Part shown: positions 44,583 through 54,382 of the stretch, piece after piece | Layout: every line of letters starts with the position of its first letter | How positions within the stretch are numbered: the stretch's first letter is position 1 | Origin: Synechococcus sp. | GTDB lineage: Bacteria > Cyanobacteriota > Cyanobacteriia > PCC-6307 > Cyanobiaceae | DNA: 64,000 nt | Reading direction: 5' to 3' | NCBI GenBank assembly: GCA_047285535.1 | Contig: JBJBDC010000001.1 | Coordinates: 1,152,136-1,216,135, forward strand | Program-made: the position numbers and the translations under genes | Notes under the pieces: model-generated | Database searches by the model: none | Seen by the model: only the letters and a program-made list of their open reading frames with translations | What the model was told of the DNA's origin: nothing

Positions 44583-45554
44583 CTAAGACTTCCGAAGCGA
44601 TATTCTTAAATCATCTGAGCCTATGGCCGGCAAGTTGAGCAACGTTGGGCGAATCCTAAATAGATAAAAGCCGTCAAACTCGAAACAAACTGAATCCCAA
44701 TTTTCACCCATGATTTCCTGAGATAAAAATGGCATACTAGCCCGATTATAAGCCGTCAAAAACACCCTATAACCCGACAGCAACTCAGGACGCAAGCAAA
44801 CATTGAGATAGTGACGTGCTTTTATAATGCCGAAACGGAAAACAGTATCCGGATCACCCACAGGTAAAAATTCTCTCCGAACGAAAGCCTCAGGCAGCAG
44901 AGATCGGAACCGCAAGAGAGTATAGACATAATAGTGGAGACAGAAATAATAAAAACTACTGCGATCTATTAGATTTTCATACACCTCGTTAGCATTAATT
45001 GGTGTCTCAATACCGTTAATAGTGATGGAATCATCAACACAGACTGCTGGCATCCGAGGTTGCGATGAGAGGCCGTAGTAGCGAATCCCCAGAATGTAGC
45101 GACCTGGCGAAAGAGAAATTGAAGACCAGTCATTACCCGCATGCTCATTAAGCGAGCTAAATTGCGAAACAGTCGCAAATTCAGGAAATCTATAAACAAC
45201 ACCCGTCCACGAGTCTGCGCTTTGCATACAAACCGAAGTACGAATAGCAACACTCTTGGACACATTCAAAGGACCAATAGTTCCAATCAATGCATGAGTA
45301 TTCCAGCGTGGACCTGTTGTCATCAAGACAGGAAGACTGATTGGCATCTCCATTGTTGAGCGATCAAGCAGGCGCCAGGTTGTTGAGCGAGTTGATGACC
45401 GAGCCAGGAAACGACGATAAAGCCTGCTAATAAAATAACGATTAATTTTATAAAAGAAGAAGGATAAAATCGACAGAGGAATTTCCAAAGCCAAATAAGC
45501 CGAGGCGCAAATACCCTTGAATGAAAAAGACTTATAAGATTTGAATTGATTCAT
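44583..45554 (-). CDS. uncharacterised protein, DUF6208-like, coupled to the olefin synthase
   Basis: EIPLSILSFFFYK, LPVLMTTGPRWNTHA, FLPVGDPDT; ATG overlaps the ols stop (TAATG); family name from recall. Confidence 0.7.
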   Translation of the reverse strand: MNQFKSYKSFSFKGICASAYLALEIPLSILSFFFYKINRYFISRLYRRFLARSSTRSTTWRLLDRSTMEMPISLPVLMTTGPRWNTHALIGTIGPLNVSKSVAIRTSVCMQSADSWTGVVYRFPEFATVSQFSSLNEHAGNDWSSISLSPGRYILGIRYYGLSSQPRMPAVCVDDSITINGIETPINANEVYENLIDRSSFYYFCLHYYVYTLLRFRSLLPEAFVRREFLPVGDPDTVFRFGIIKARHYLNVCLRPELLSGYRVFLTAYNRASMPFLSQEIMGENWDSVCFEFDGFYLFRIRPTLLNLPAIGSDDLRISLRKS

Positions 45555-48500
45555 TAATGTTGTCGCTGTTGACTGCCCACGAGGTTACGGTCGGATCGGA
45601 TTGAGTCTCCAAGGCCAGTTGCTTCAAGCACCTCGGCAACAATTGAGGCTGGAGAGTCAATGGTCAAATGATGACCTCCATCCACATCGAACCTGCGCGA
45701 ATATTTAAGCGCTTGTCTCAGATCATCAAGATCTTCTGGTCGGTTAAAACGACTTTCAACTCCGTAAAGTGACGTGACGGGACAACCAATATCAGCGAGA
45801 AGCTTGATGTAGGAAGAACGAGTAACAGGACCAGCCTGCAGGTTTAAACATGTACGGGACTGGAGAACAGGATCCCATCGCCATATCAATCCATCATGTG
45901 TTGAGCGAGTACCACGCTTGGCCAGGAGATGGGCAAATTCGTTTGACAAGCGCGGCATAACTTTCTGAAGTTTACTGACAGCGTCATTCAGTGACGACAT
46001 CGCTGGATGTTGTGGAGTGGATTTTCGATAATCCAACAAGGTCTGAATAGCTGAAACCGAATCATTTTCATTAGCAGGACTAGGGAGAACAGGTTCTACA
46101 AGTAAAAGATGACGTGTCTTTTGAGGCCTTAAATTAGCAATGATTGCAGCCAAAATAGAACCAAACGAATGCCCAATAAGTACCGCTGATTGATTAATTC
46201 GATCATCTAAAAGGCAGGCGATATCAGAAATAAAATCAATCAGCTGGTACGAACCGGGCGCATGCATCGATTGGGAAAGGCCATGCCCACGCAGATCTGG
46301 AGCAATCACTCGCAGACCGGCTGCAGCTAAAGGTTGAGCCACCAAATCCCATATAAGACTTTGATCGAGGATTCCATGCAAACAAACCACAGGAATTCCA
46401 TCCATTGGGCCCCACTCACATCCGCGGAGCTGAACGCCACCAATCCCCTGATAAGAAAATTCAGTGCGAGGTGTAGATGCTTGATACTGAAGAGAGATGG
46501 AGCGGAGATCTGGCTGGGAAGGTAGGCCAGAAACCTGGTAACCAAACTGCTCAGCGAGTTCGGCCGACTTCCGAGTCAGCTGATGATTGAGTTGAAGATT
46601 TTGCCAGTTAGTCGCGAGGGAAGAATCAATGGCTTGATGTTGTAGAAAGTTTGGATCACCAACTCCCATCGACTGCTGATGCAAACCGTCTGTGAGTCGT
46701 TCCCCCTTGTAAGGATTTAATAGTGCTGAATCGAAAGGAATTTCAAGAAAATCACAGAGCGGGATCAAAGAAGACTCTGGAGAGGCAACTAAATCCTCAT
46801 AGCGTAAGCTTATGAATTGGCGACTACCAAGTTTTTGACCTAAGGATTGAATGTTTGAATTCGAGTGTCTCCAAATTTCCTCAGCCAAAACATACGGATC
46901 TTCCTTTTCAAAGCCAAGCAGCTTATCCATTCTCATTTTCACAAAAGACTGAATAACGGGGAGAGGGTGTCGGATCAGATGAATAATTCTAAGATCTTCA
47001 AACATGCCTTCCAACTGATCAAGAACAGACATATTCATTGCATAACTTGGAGATTTATCAACTAAAAGCCTGCCATCTGATCTCGATTGGATGTAGCCAT
47101 AAACATCTGAGACAGGTAAAGAATCGTGCTCCCACTGTTCAACAAGACGAATACTATCTGGAGCAGAAAGAGAATCAATATCCATCAATAACCGTTGCAA
47201 TCCTTCTCCAAGATGTGAAAGTTGAAGATCCTCTTTTCGATCTTTCATTGTTGAGAAAGGAAGCAGATGAAGTTCAGGTGGAGAAAGAAGCTTAGGATGA
47301 CCAGCCAACATCACTCTAAGGAGAGTTGATCCAGATCTAGGACTAGAAAGAATGAAGCAAGCTTTGGGTAGTTTATTAACAAGAACAGTGGGTTTTTTCA
47401 CCTCAGACCACCAGCGATTCGCTGAATACAAGCTAGTTTGCTTAAGAGATTTCTCAACTAAGCTTTCTTGAGACTCAACGCAATGATTACGCTGAAACTC
47501 ATTAGCAAGATACCTAGACAGATCAAGGATTCTTGGATGTTGGTAGACTTCCCTTGGATAAACCATCAGATCAAAGTCTTGCTGAATACGGCTGATCGCA
47601 TCCATTACCATCAATGAATCAACTCCAGACTCCAAAAGATGAGTATCAGAAGTAATCGAATCATCAGAATCACCGATGAGTTCATTCAAAGTTGAAATTA
47701 GATAGTTAGAGAAGAAAGCAACTCGCTGATCCTTAGGCAGCTTGAGAAGCTTGTCTTTACCAGCCTCTTGACGACTTTTTGTACTTTCAAGAGTTGTGGT
47801 CAAGGCGCCAGAATCCGTAATAGATAGATTCTCTACAGAGTTGAAGAGCTTGAGAAAAGAAGCTTGTGGTCGACCTTGCAGAGTGTTGCAAAGCTGTTCC
47901 CAATCAGCATCAATGGCAATAACCACAGGTGGTATGCAGTTGGCATCAACAGAACTCAGCTGCAGCATCCGTGACAATAAATCGAGCGCCTGAGAAGACC
48001 TAATGGTCTTCAATCCTGCCGCCTGAAGGGTATCTTTCGAAGCAGGATGGGATGCCATGCCTTTTGCAGCCCAAGGCCCCCAATTGATACTTAAGGCAGG
48101 AAGACCAAGTTCTTTGCGTTGAATCGCAAAGGCATCCAAAGCTGCATTTGCTGCTGCATAGTGACTTTGCCCAGGAGAGCCGAAAACAGCTGCAGCGGAA
48201 GAAAACAGAATAAAGAATTGAACGGGTTTTTCAAGACTGAGTTGATGAAGATTCCAGGCTCCGAGCAACTTGGGTCTGATGACGGAATCCCAACGATCAA
48301 AACCAATGGAATGAACCGCACCATCATGCAGAACTCCAGCCGCGTGAAAAATTCCAAGAAGAGATTGTGCGGATTTGTCTAAAACTTCAATGACACGATC
48401 AATCGTCTCAGGATTAGCAACATCACCATTAATCAAGTCAATGGTGATGCCTTCAAAGCGCCATTGCTCAATACGCTGTTGAACCTCTGAATCAGCTTTA

Positions 48501-51500
48501 CTTCGACTAACAAGGATCAGTGACCGAGCACCTCGGTGAATCAGGTCTTGAGCCAACTCTTGACCAATGGCCCCAAGACCACCCGTAATCAACACGGCAC
48601 CATCTTGCGCAAATAAAGACTCGCGCAGGGGTAGCTCTAGGTCGCGACTCTCCAAAGATGAAGTCAACTTCTGGGCAGGAACAAGACGAGCTACCGAACG
48701 CATTCCCTTACAGAGGGAAATCTGAAGCTCTTTTTCGTGCCCCGCTCTGCTCTGCTGAAGTTCAGACTGAAGTTCAGACTGAAGTTGACTTTGTGCTGCT
48801 GGACTCAGTGAGTCATGCAGGTCAATGATTCCACCCACCAGATCAGGATGCTCAAGAGTCAAACTGCGAGCAAAGCCCTGTTGCAAGGCCTGACCTACAC
48901 TGCCATCAGTGGGTGATGCCGCAATCATCCAAAGACGCGGCGCTACCAATGATGATCGAAAGGACAGCAGTGCTTTCGCGAGAGCTAAATGGCGACGAGA
49001 AGATCCGGCAATAACAGGGATATCTTCGGAAGCAAAAACAGGTTCACTAATATCAAGAACACCAAGAATTTGAGCCTCAGATGCCGATGACAAGGATGAG
49101 AACAACAGATCCCAATGTTGTTGATCAGTAGCATCAAGCTCCCAATGATCATCGGAAATCTGTTGAACAAAACGGGCTTGCGTAATCCGACAACACGACT
49201 GGCCGACAGGTAGATGCTCTGCAAAAGCGGCAGCCCAAGAATCAGAAGAAAGGACAATCCACTGACCTTGTGGGCACTGATGAATATCCTGAATCGCTTG
49301 AGACGACTCTTGATGCCACTCAATCAGTTGCAACTCGGGTGAAAAAGACTCAAAGGCCGTTGAACCTCTCCTGAGGTTGGGGATGGATTGAAGCCCTTTC
49401 AGCCAATGTCTTCGATGTTGCCAAGGATAGGTAGGAAGCGGAATTCGATTTCGATGGAACGACTGATCAAAAACAGACCAATCAATGACGTAACCACCAC
49501 AGTGAAGCTGAGCAAGACTCTGAAGAATTTGAAGACTGTCAGAATGACGGGGGTGAAGGCTTGGAAGCCATAACAAGTTGCGTCCGGAAGGCTTATCAAT
49601 ATTTTTCTCGTAGGGAAAGCATGACTGCGCCATCTTTAACAATGTTGGACTGGGTCCAACCTCAACAAATGTTTTAACTCCCTTCTCAATGAGCCCGTGA
49701 ACACTTTGATAAAAATGAACGGGTTCTAAAACATGTCTACACCAATAGTCAGCTGTAGCAATCTCGTCGTCAATTTGCTCATGCGTAACATTAGAGATAA
49801 TCGGGATAGAAGGCTTAGAATAGTTAATTGTCCGCGTAACTAATGCAAATTCTTCAACCATCTCCTCCATCAGTGGAGAGTGAAATGCATGAGAGACATG
49901 AAGCCTCCGACTGACAATCCCTTCTTGGTCAAGAAGATCAACAAGTTTGTCAATCGAAAAGAGATCACCAGACAGAACACAATGGGTCGGGCCATTAAAT
50001 GCAGCCACAACCAATGCCAAAGAGTGCTTATGAACAATTGGTAATACGTGATCTGTTTCAGCAAAAACAGAAAGCATTCCACCTGGAGTTTTGACACCAC
50101 CCATCAGGGCGGCTCTGGCAGTGACAAGTCTCAGGCCATCCTCAAAATTGAAAACGCCTGCAACACATGCCGCCGAGAGTTCACCAACGCTGTGGCCCAT
50201 TAGCCAATCAGGATGAACACCCCAGCTTTGCCAGAGACGACAAAGCCCCACTTCCAAGACGAACAAAGCAACCTGAGAAAAACGCGTTTGATGCAGAGGG
50301 GCGCTGGTTTCGTCTAAAAGATGATTCGATGCATCACCAAAGATCAGTTCAGGAAGAGAGATCCCAAGCCCATCACCATGATTCTCTTGATTTAACAACG
50401 AATCCGCAGAATCAATGAATTGTTTGAAAAGAGGTTGGGTTTTATAAAGCTCACGCCCCATTCCTAAATACTGAGCACCCTGACCTGTAAAAAGAAAAGC
50501 GATTGGGGGCAAAACTACGGGTGCTTCACCTTCAAAGGATTGATGCTTTGCGTTGGTAGAAGCGATTTGCCCCTCTTGGGTGGACCTGAGAGATTGCTCC
50601 AACTCTGAGATCGATGAACCCACCCACGCGAATCGATTTGGCAGCAAAGAACGACCTGTATTGGCCGAAAAGCAAAGGTCTGAAAGTCGAAGGTCTGCAG
50701 ATGCTTGCTGAGAAGTATCCAGTAAATCTGCATAGCGCAAACGAAGCTGATCAAGCGCTTCCCCACTACGCGCAGTGAGTGTCAAAACATGGAATGGTCG
50801 CTCGATCAACCCATCTATCTGCTCAGAAGATGGAAATGCTGGTGGAGAGGAAAGAATTAAATGAGCATTTGTGCCACCGAAGCCGAAAGAACTCACACCA
50901 GCATGCTTAGTCTCATCAGACCAAGGCACACTCTCTGTGGGTATTTTGATTCGAGTTCCATCAATCTTGATCAACGGATTGAGAGATTTAAAATTTAGAT
51001 TTGGAGGGATGGAGTGATGTTGAATTGCCAGCAGAGTCTTAATGACTCCTGCAATGCCTGCTGCAGCCTCTAAATGACCAATATTCGTTTTAACTGATCC
51101 AACCCAGCAAGGAGTTTGAGTTTGTTCACCATGACTAAAAATTTGACGCAATGCGTTAATTTCAATCGGATCTCCAAGAGAGGTGCCAGTTCCATGGGCT
51201 TCGACGTAACTGATCTCTGAGGCTTTAAGACGAGCCTGATGTAACGCATCTCTAACGACACGTTTCTGAGCATCGCCAGAAGGAGCCGTTAACCCATTAC
51301 TACGTCCATCCTGAGTGATTGCAGATCCGGACACAACACCAACAATATTATCTGAATCTTTGACAGCTTCACTGAGTCTTTTCAGCAAAATAACTCCACA
51401 ACCTTCTCCCCGTACATACCCATCGGCGGCTTCATCAAATGCTTTGCAAAGGCCGTCCGGAGACAGCATGCCAGCCTGTTGAAAAGTATTGGTCAGCTCA

Positions 51501-54220
51501 GGAGACAAAAGAATATTGACACCCGCGGCGATGGCCTGATCACATTCACCACTAGCAATGCTTCGACACGCCAAATGAATGGCTACCAATGAGGATGAGC
51601 AAGCCGTATCAACGGCGATGGATGGACCTCTCAGGTCATAAATATAAGAAAGTCGATTGGCAGCAACGCTATGGGCATTACCAGTTCCGGTGTAAACGGT
51701 ACTTGAATTCTGTCCATTCAGTTGAGAGTAATCACTGCTGCTGATTCCCACAAACACACCACTGCGTGTACCAGACCATGACTCGGGCAATATCGACGCA
51801 TTTTCAAAAGCCTCCCAGGATGTCTCAAGCAGCATCCGCTGCTGCGGATCCATTTGATCTGCTTCGTTAGCAGCAATCCTGAAAAATCCTGAATCGAAAC
51901 GATCGACACTATCGAGATAACCACCAACTTGACTGGCAGCTTGAACTCGGAAGCGCCCTGATGAATTCAGATCAGAAGTTTCAGCGTAGTTAACAACTCC
52001 AGTGGCTCCATTGTTCAGAAGCTTCCAAAAAGATGCAGGAGACGAAGCACCAGGAAAACGACAACCAATACCCACAACTGCAATGGGTTCATCATGGCTT
52101 TTCGTGGATGTTATTGGCTGTTCAGGATCTTCGGCAAGTGCATCATGGACTAAGTATTTAACTATTTTTGAGATTGTTGGATAATCATAAGCAAGAGTAG
52201 GACTAATATTAGGAAGCGATTCTACGGAGAATGCCTCTGTCATCCAATCCTGGAGGTCAGCTGTAAGTCGAACTGCCGCAAGCGAGTCAAGCCCAAAAGA
52301 AGCGAGTGGCTGATGAATATCGATCTGATCAGCTGCAATTCCAAGATTCTCAGCAAGGTAATTAATAAACCAATCATGAAGACGACGTTCTTCTGCTGAA
52401 AATGCGAGACTGCCAGGAACTACACGTACTTCATCAAGTTGAAGCGAAGATTTATTGGCTGAAGATGGAGCTGCAGAATTTTGAGATTCAAGGGCTTTAT
52501 TTCCCCAAGCTCCAACAACATTTAATGCATTTTCAAGGTATTTCTGACGGCAGGCATAACGCTGTATCTTTCCACTTGATGTCTTAGGAATACTTCCAGT
52601 CTTGAGCAAAACAATGGCAGAGGGAAGTAGGTTATGTGTAGACACCACAGCCTCTCGAATGGCCGAAATTAGGGATGAAGAGTCAAGGCAACGCAAGGCT
52701 GATCTTTCAACTTCCTGAACGATGACGAGCTGTTCTCCAAGAGCAGAGTCTTCGACGGAAAATGCTGCGCCACAGCCAATTCTCAAACTAGGATGAGAGG
52801 CTTGAGCTGTTGCTTCAAGATCCTGTGGATAGTGGTTTTGTCCTCGAACGATAATGAGGTCTTTACGACGACCTGTGATAAATAATTCCCCTTGATAGAA
52901 AAAGCCTAGGTCACCAGTACGAAGATAGGAATCTTGGCTACCCTCAAGATTGCCCTTGAAAGTTGAAAGACTAAGTTCATCTTTTTTCCAATAACCTTGG
53001 GCAACACTGTTACCACTAACCCAAACTTCACCGATTCTGCCATCTTCCAGAAGCGTACAACTCTCTGGATCAGCAACAACAACCACCTGATCTGAGACCG
53101 GAACACCGCTACCTACCAGCGAAGACATTGAGGCATCAGAAGTTTGAGGAACCTCTAAAGCAATATTTTTTGACAATAAATCACTATCGAAATGTCGAAC
53201 AACTGGAAGGCCTGAACGGCTTCCTCCAGTGACAATTAACGTATTTTCGGCCAACCCATAACAAGGCAGAAATGCTTGTTTTTGAAAGCCACATTGCGAA
53301 AACGTTTTGCAGAATTTTTCAATCGTCTGAGAACGAACGGGCTCTGCACCGCTGAAAGCAAGAGACCAATTCTCAAGATTAAGCGCCTCAATCTGTTCGG
53401 GCTTGATTTGCTTCGAGCAAAGGTCATAGGCGAAATTAGGACCTCCACTGGCTACGGCCTTGAAACGAGAAATTGCGGATAACCAGCGAAAAGGGCGTTG
53501 CAAAAAGGCAACGGGAGGCATCAAAATCATCGAGGCCCCAATAAACAGAGGCTGAAGGATCCCTCCGACGAGCCCCATGTCGTGATAAGGCGGAAGCCAA
53601 GACACGGCAGTGGCACCTGCCTCAACACCAAAACATTGATTAATGAACTGCGTGTTTGAGATAAGATTTCCGTGTCCAACCATCACACCTTTGGGCGAAC
53701 CTGTAGACCCAGAGGTGTACTGAAGAAAAGCAAGATCTTCGGGATTTATATTTTTATATGTCCATTGACTTGCACTTTCAAGATCAACACTATCCGTGGC
53801 AATACAATCTATCTGAGGACAATCATCATTGGATATATGCTTTCCAATAGAGTCTTTCAGAGATGATGTCGTCAGAGCGATTGAAGCCTGAGCATCCCGA
53901 ATAATCAGATTCAGGCGCGTGACAAGTTGAGAAGAGCGTGGCGGATAAGCAGGAACTGCTACAACGTTTGCGTAAAGACAACCAAAAAAGCTCGACACAA
54001 ATTCGAGGCTTGGATTATATAAAAGAAGTGCTCTCTTTTTACTGAGTCCTCGTGCTAAAAGACTGGCGGCAATTGCACGGGCCCTTTGATCTAGTTCTGC
54101 AAAAGACCACCGATCAGTTTCTGTTTCCCCGTCCTGCAAGAAGGAGAATGCAAGTCGATCGGGGTGAGCAGCAGCCCTCTCCCGCAGCAAATCGACGAAT
54201 GAGGAGAAGACATGCATCAA
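45554..54220 (-). CDS. ols: olefin synthase, CurM-like type I PKS (FAAL-ACP-KS-AT-KR-ACP-ST-TE)
   Basis: FAAL FLQYTSGSTGSPKG; ACP GLDSL; KS DTACSSS/EAHGTGT/NIGHLE; AT GHSVG/HAFH; KR TGGLGAIG/YAAAN; ACP GVDSL; sulfotransferase PRSGSTLLRVML/DKSPSY; TE HGILDQ/GHSFG/GGHH; 2,888 aa uninterrupted. Confidence 0.93.
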   Translation of the reverse strand: MMHVFSSFVDLLRERAAAHPDRLAFSFLQDGETETDRWSFAELDQRARAIAASLLARGLSKKRALLLYNPSLEFVSSFFGCLYANVVAVPAYPPRSSQLVTRLNLIIRDAQASIALTTSSLKDSIGKHISNDDCPQIDCIATDSVDLESASQWTYKNINPEDLAFLQYTSGSTGSPKGVMVGHGNLISNTQFINQCFGVEAGATAVSWLPPYHDMGLVGGILQPLFIGASMILMPPVAFLQRPFRWLSAISRFKAVASGGPNFAYDLCSKQIKPEQIEALNLENWSLAFSGAEPVRSQTIEKFCKTFSQCGFQKQAFLPCYGLAENTLIVTGGSRSGLPVVRHFDSDLLSKNIALEVPQTSDASMSSLVGSGVPVSDQVVVVADPESCTLLEDGRIGEVWVSGNSVAQGYWKKDELSLSTFKGNLEGSQDSYLRTGDLGFFYQGELFITGRRKDLIIVRGQNHYPQDLEATAQASHPSLRIGCGAAFSVEDSALGEQLVIVQEVERSALRCLDSSSLISAIREAVVSTHNLLPSAIVLLKTGSIPKTSSGKIQRYACRQKYLENALNVVGAWGNKALESQNSAAPSSANKSSLQLDEVRVVPGSLAFSAEERRLHDWFINYLAENLGIAADQIDIHQPLASFGLDSLAAVRLTADLQDWMTEAFSVESLPNISPTLAYDYPTISKIVKYLVHDALAEDPEQPITSTKSHDEPIAVVGIGCRFPGASSPASFWKLLNNGATGVVNYAETSDLNSSGRFRVQAASQVGGYLDSVDRFDSGFFRIAANEADQMDPQQRMLLETSWEAFENASILPESWSGTRSGVFVGISSSDYSQLNGQNSSTVYTGTGNAHSVAANRLSYIYDLRGPSIAVDTACSSSLVAIHLACRSIASGECDQAIAAGVNILLSPELTNTFQQAGMLSPDGLCKAFDEAADGYVRGEGCGVILLKRLSEAVKDSDNIVGVVSGSAITQDGRSNGLTAPSGDAQKRVVRDALHQARLKASEISYVEAHGTGTSLGDPIEINALRQIFSHGEQTQTPCWVGSVKTNIGHLEAAAGIAGVIKTLLAIQHHSIPPNLNFKSLNPLIKIDGTRIKIPTESVPWSDETKHAGVSSFGFGGTNAHLILSSPPAFPSSEQIDGLIERPFHVLTLTARSGEALDQLRLRYADLLDTSQQASADLRLSDLCFSANTGRSLLPNRFAWVGSSISELEQSLRSTQEGQIASTNAKHQSFEGEAPVVLPPIAFLFTGQGAQYLGMGRELYKTQPLFKQFIDSADSLLNQENHGDGLGISLPELIFGDASNHLLDETSAPLHQTRFSQVALFVLEVGLCRLWQSWGVHPDWLMGHSVGELSAACVAGVFNFEDGLRLVTARAALMGGVKTPGGMLSVFAETDHVLPIVHKHSLALVVAAFNGPTHCVLSGDLFSIDKLVDLLDQEGIVSRRLHVSHAFHSPLMEEMVEEFALVTRTINYSKPSIPIISNVTHEQIDDEIATADYWCRHVLEPVHFYQSVHGLIEKGVKTFVEVGPSPTLLKMAQSCFPYEKNIDKPSGRNLLWLPSLHPRHSDSLQILQSLAQLHCGGYVIDWSVFDQSFHRNRIPLPTYPWQHRRHWLKGLQSIPNLRRGSTAFESFSPELQLIEWHQESSQAIQDIHQCPQGQWIVLSSDSWAAAFAEHLPVGQSCCRITQARFVQQISDDHWELDATDQQHWDLLFSSLSSASEAQILGVLDISEPVFASEDIPVIAGSSRRHLALAKALLSFRSSLVAPRLWMIAASPTDGSVGQALQQGFARSLTLEHPDLVGGIIDLHDSLSPAAQSQLQSELQSELQQSRAGHEKELQISLCKGMRSVARLVPAQKLTSSLESRDLELPLRESLFAQDGAVLITGGLGAIGQELAQDLIHRGARSLILVSRSKADSEVQQRIEQWRFEGITIDLINGDVANPETIDRVIEVLDKSAQSLLGIFHAAGVLHDGAVHSIGFDRWDSVIRPKLLGAWNLHQLSLEKPVQFFILFSSAAAVFGSPGQSHYAAANAALDAFAIQRKELGLPALSINWGPWAAKGMASHPASKDTLQAAGLKTIRSSQALDLLSRMLQLSSVDANCIPPVVIAIDADWEQLCNTLQGRPQASFLKLFNSVENLSITDSGALTTTLESTKSRQEAGKDKLLKLPKDQRVAFFSNYLISTLNELIGDSDDSITSDTHLLESGVDSLMVMDAISRIQQDFDLMVYPREVYQHPRILDLSRYLANEFQRNHCVESQESLVEKSLKQTSLYSANRWWSEVKKPTVLVNKLPKACFILSSPRSGSTLLRVMLAGHPKLLSPPELHLLPFSTMKDRKEDLQLSHLGEGLQRLLMDIDSLSAPDSIRLVEQWEHDSLPVSDVYGYIQSRSDGRLLVDKSPSYAMNMSVLDQLEGMFEDLRIIHLIRHPLPVIQSFVKMRMDKLLGFEKEDPYVLAEEIWRHSNSNIQSLGQKLGSRQFISLRYEDLVASPESSLIPLCDFLEIPFDSALLNPYKGERLTDGLHQQSMGVGDPNFLQHQAIDSSLATNWQNLQLNHQLTRKSAELAEQFGYQVSGLPSQPDLRSISLQYQASTPRTEFSYQGIGGVQLRGCEWGPMDGIPVVCLHGILDQSLIWDLVAQPLAAAGLRVIAPDLRGHGLSQSMHAPGSYQLIDFISDIACLLDDRINQSAVLIGHSFGSILAAIIANLRPQKTRHLLLVEPVLPSPANENDSVSAIQTLLDYRKSTPQHPAMSSLNDAVSKLQKVMPRLSNEFAHLLAKRGTRSTHDGLIWRWDPVLQSRTCLNLQAGPVTRSSYIKLLADIGCPVTSLYGVESRFNRPEDLDDLRQALKYSRRFDVDGGHHLTIDSPASIVAEVLEATGLGDSIRSDRNLVGSQQRQH

Positions 54221-54337
54221 GTGGACTTTAAGACGTCGTTGGAGAGGCGAAATGCCCTTCCCAATTAGCTGGACATTGCACCCTGAACCCTAGTGATGAG
54301 CAGGCCATGAAGCTCTGGGCAACGATCAGCGGCATGG

Positions 54338-54354
54338 ATTGTAAGCATTGCTAC
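54338..54354 (-). promoter_or_regulatory. candidate -10 element (TACAAT) overlapped by a GTA-N8-TAC palindrome upstream of ols
   Basis: Minus strand reads GTAGCAATGCTTACAAT, about 120 bp upstream of the ols start. Confidence 0.35.
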
Positions 54355-54382
54355 TGATAGTTGGATGATCGATTGACAATCT

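Noticed and set aside
48755..48786. 12-bp tandem repeat CTGAAGTTCAGA (about 2.7 copies) within ols
   Set aside because: In-frame micro-duplication (QLQSELQSELQ) in a linker-like region; no evident function.
43762..54220. Low GC of the ols cassette as proof of recent transfer
   Set aside because: Spot checks vary widely and core genes such as ndhD4 are similarly AT-shifted, so composition alone is not decisive; synteny is the stronger evidence.
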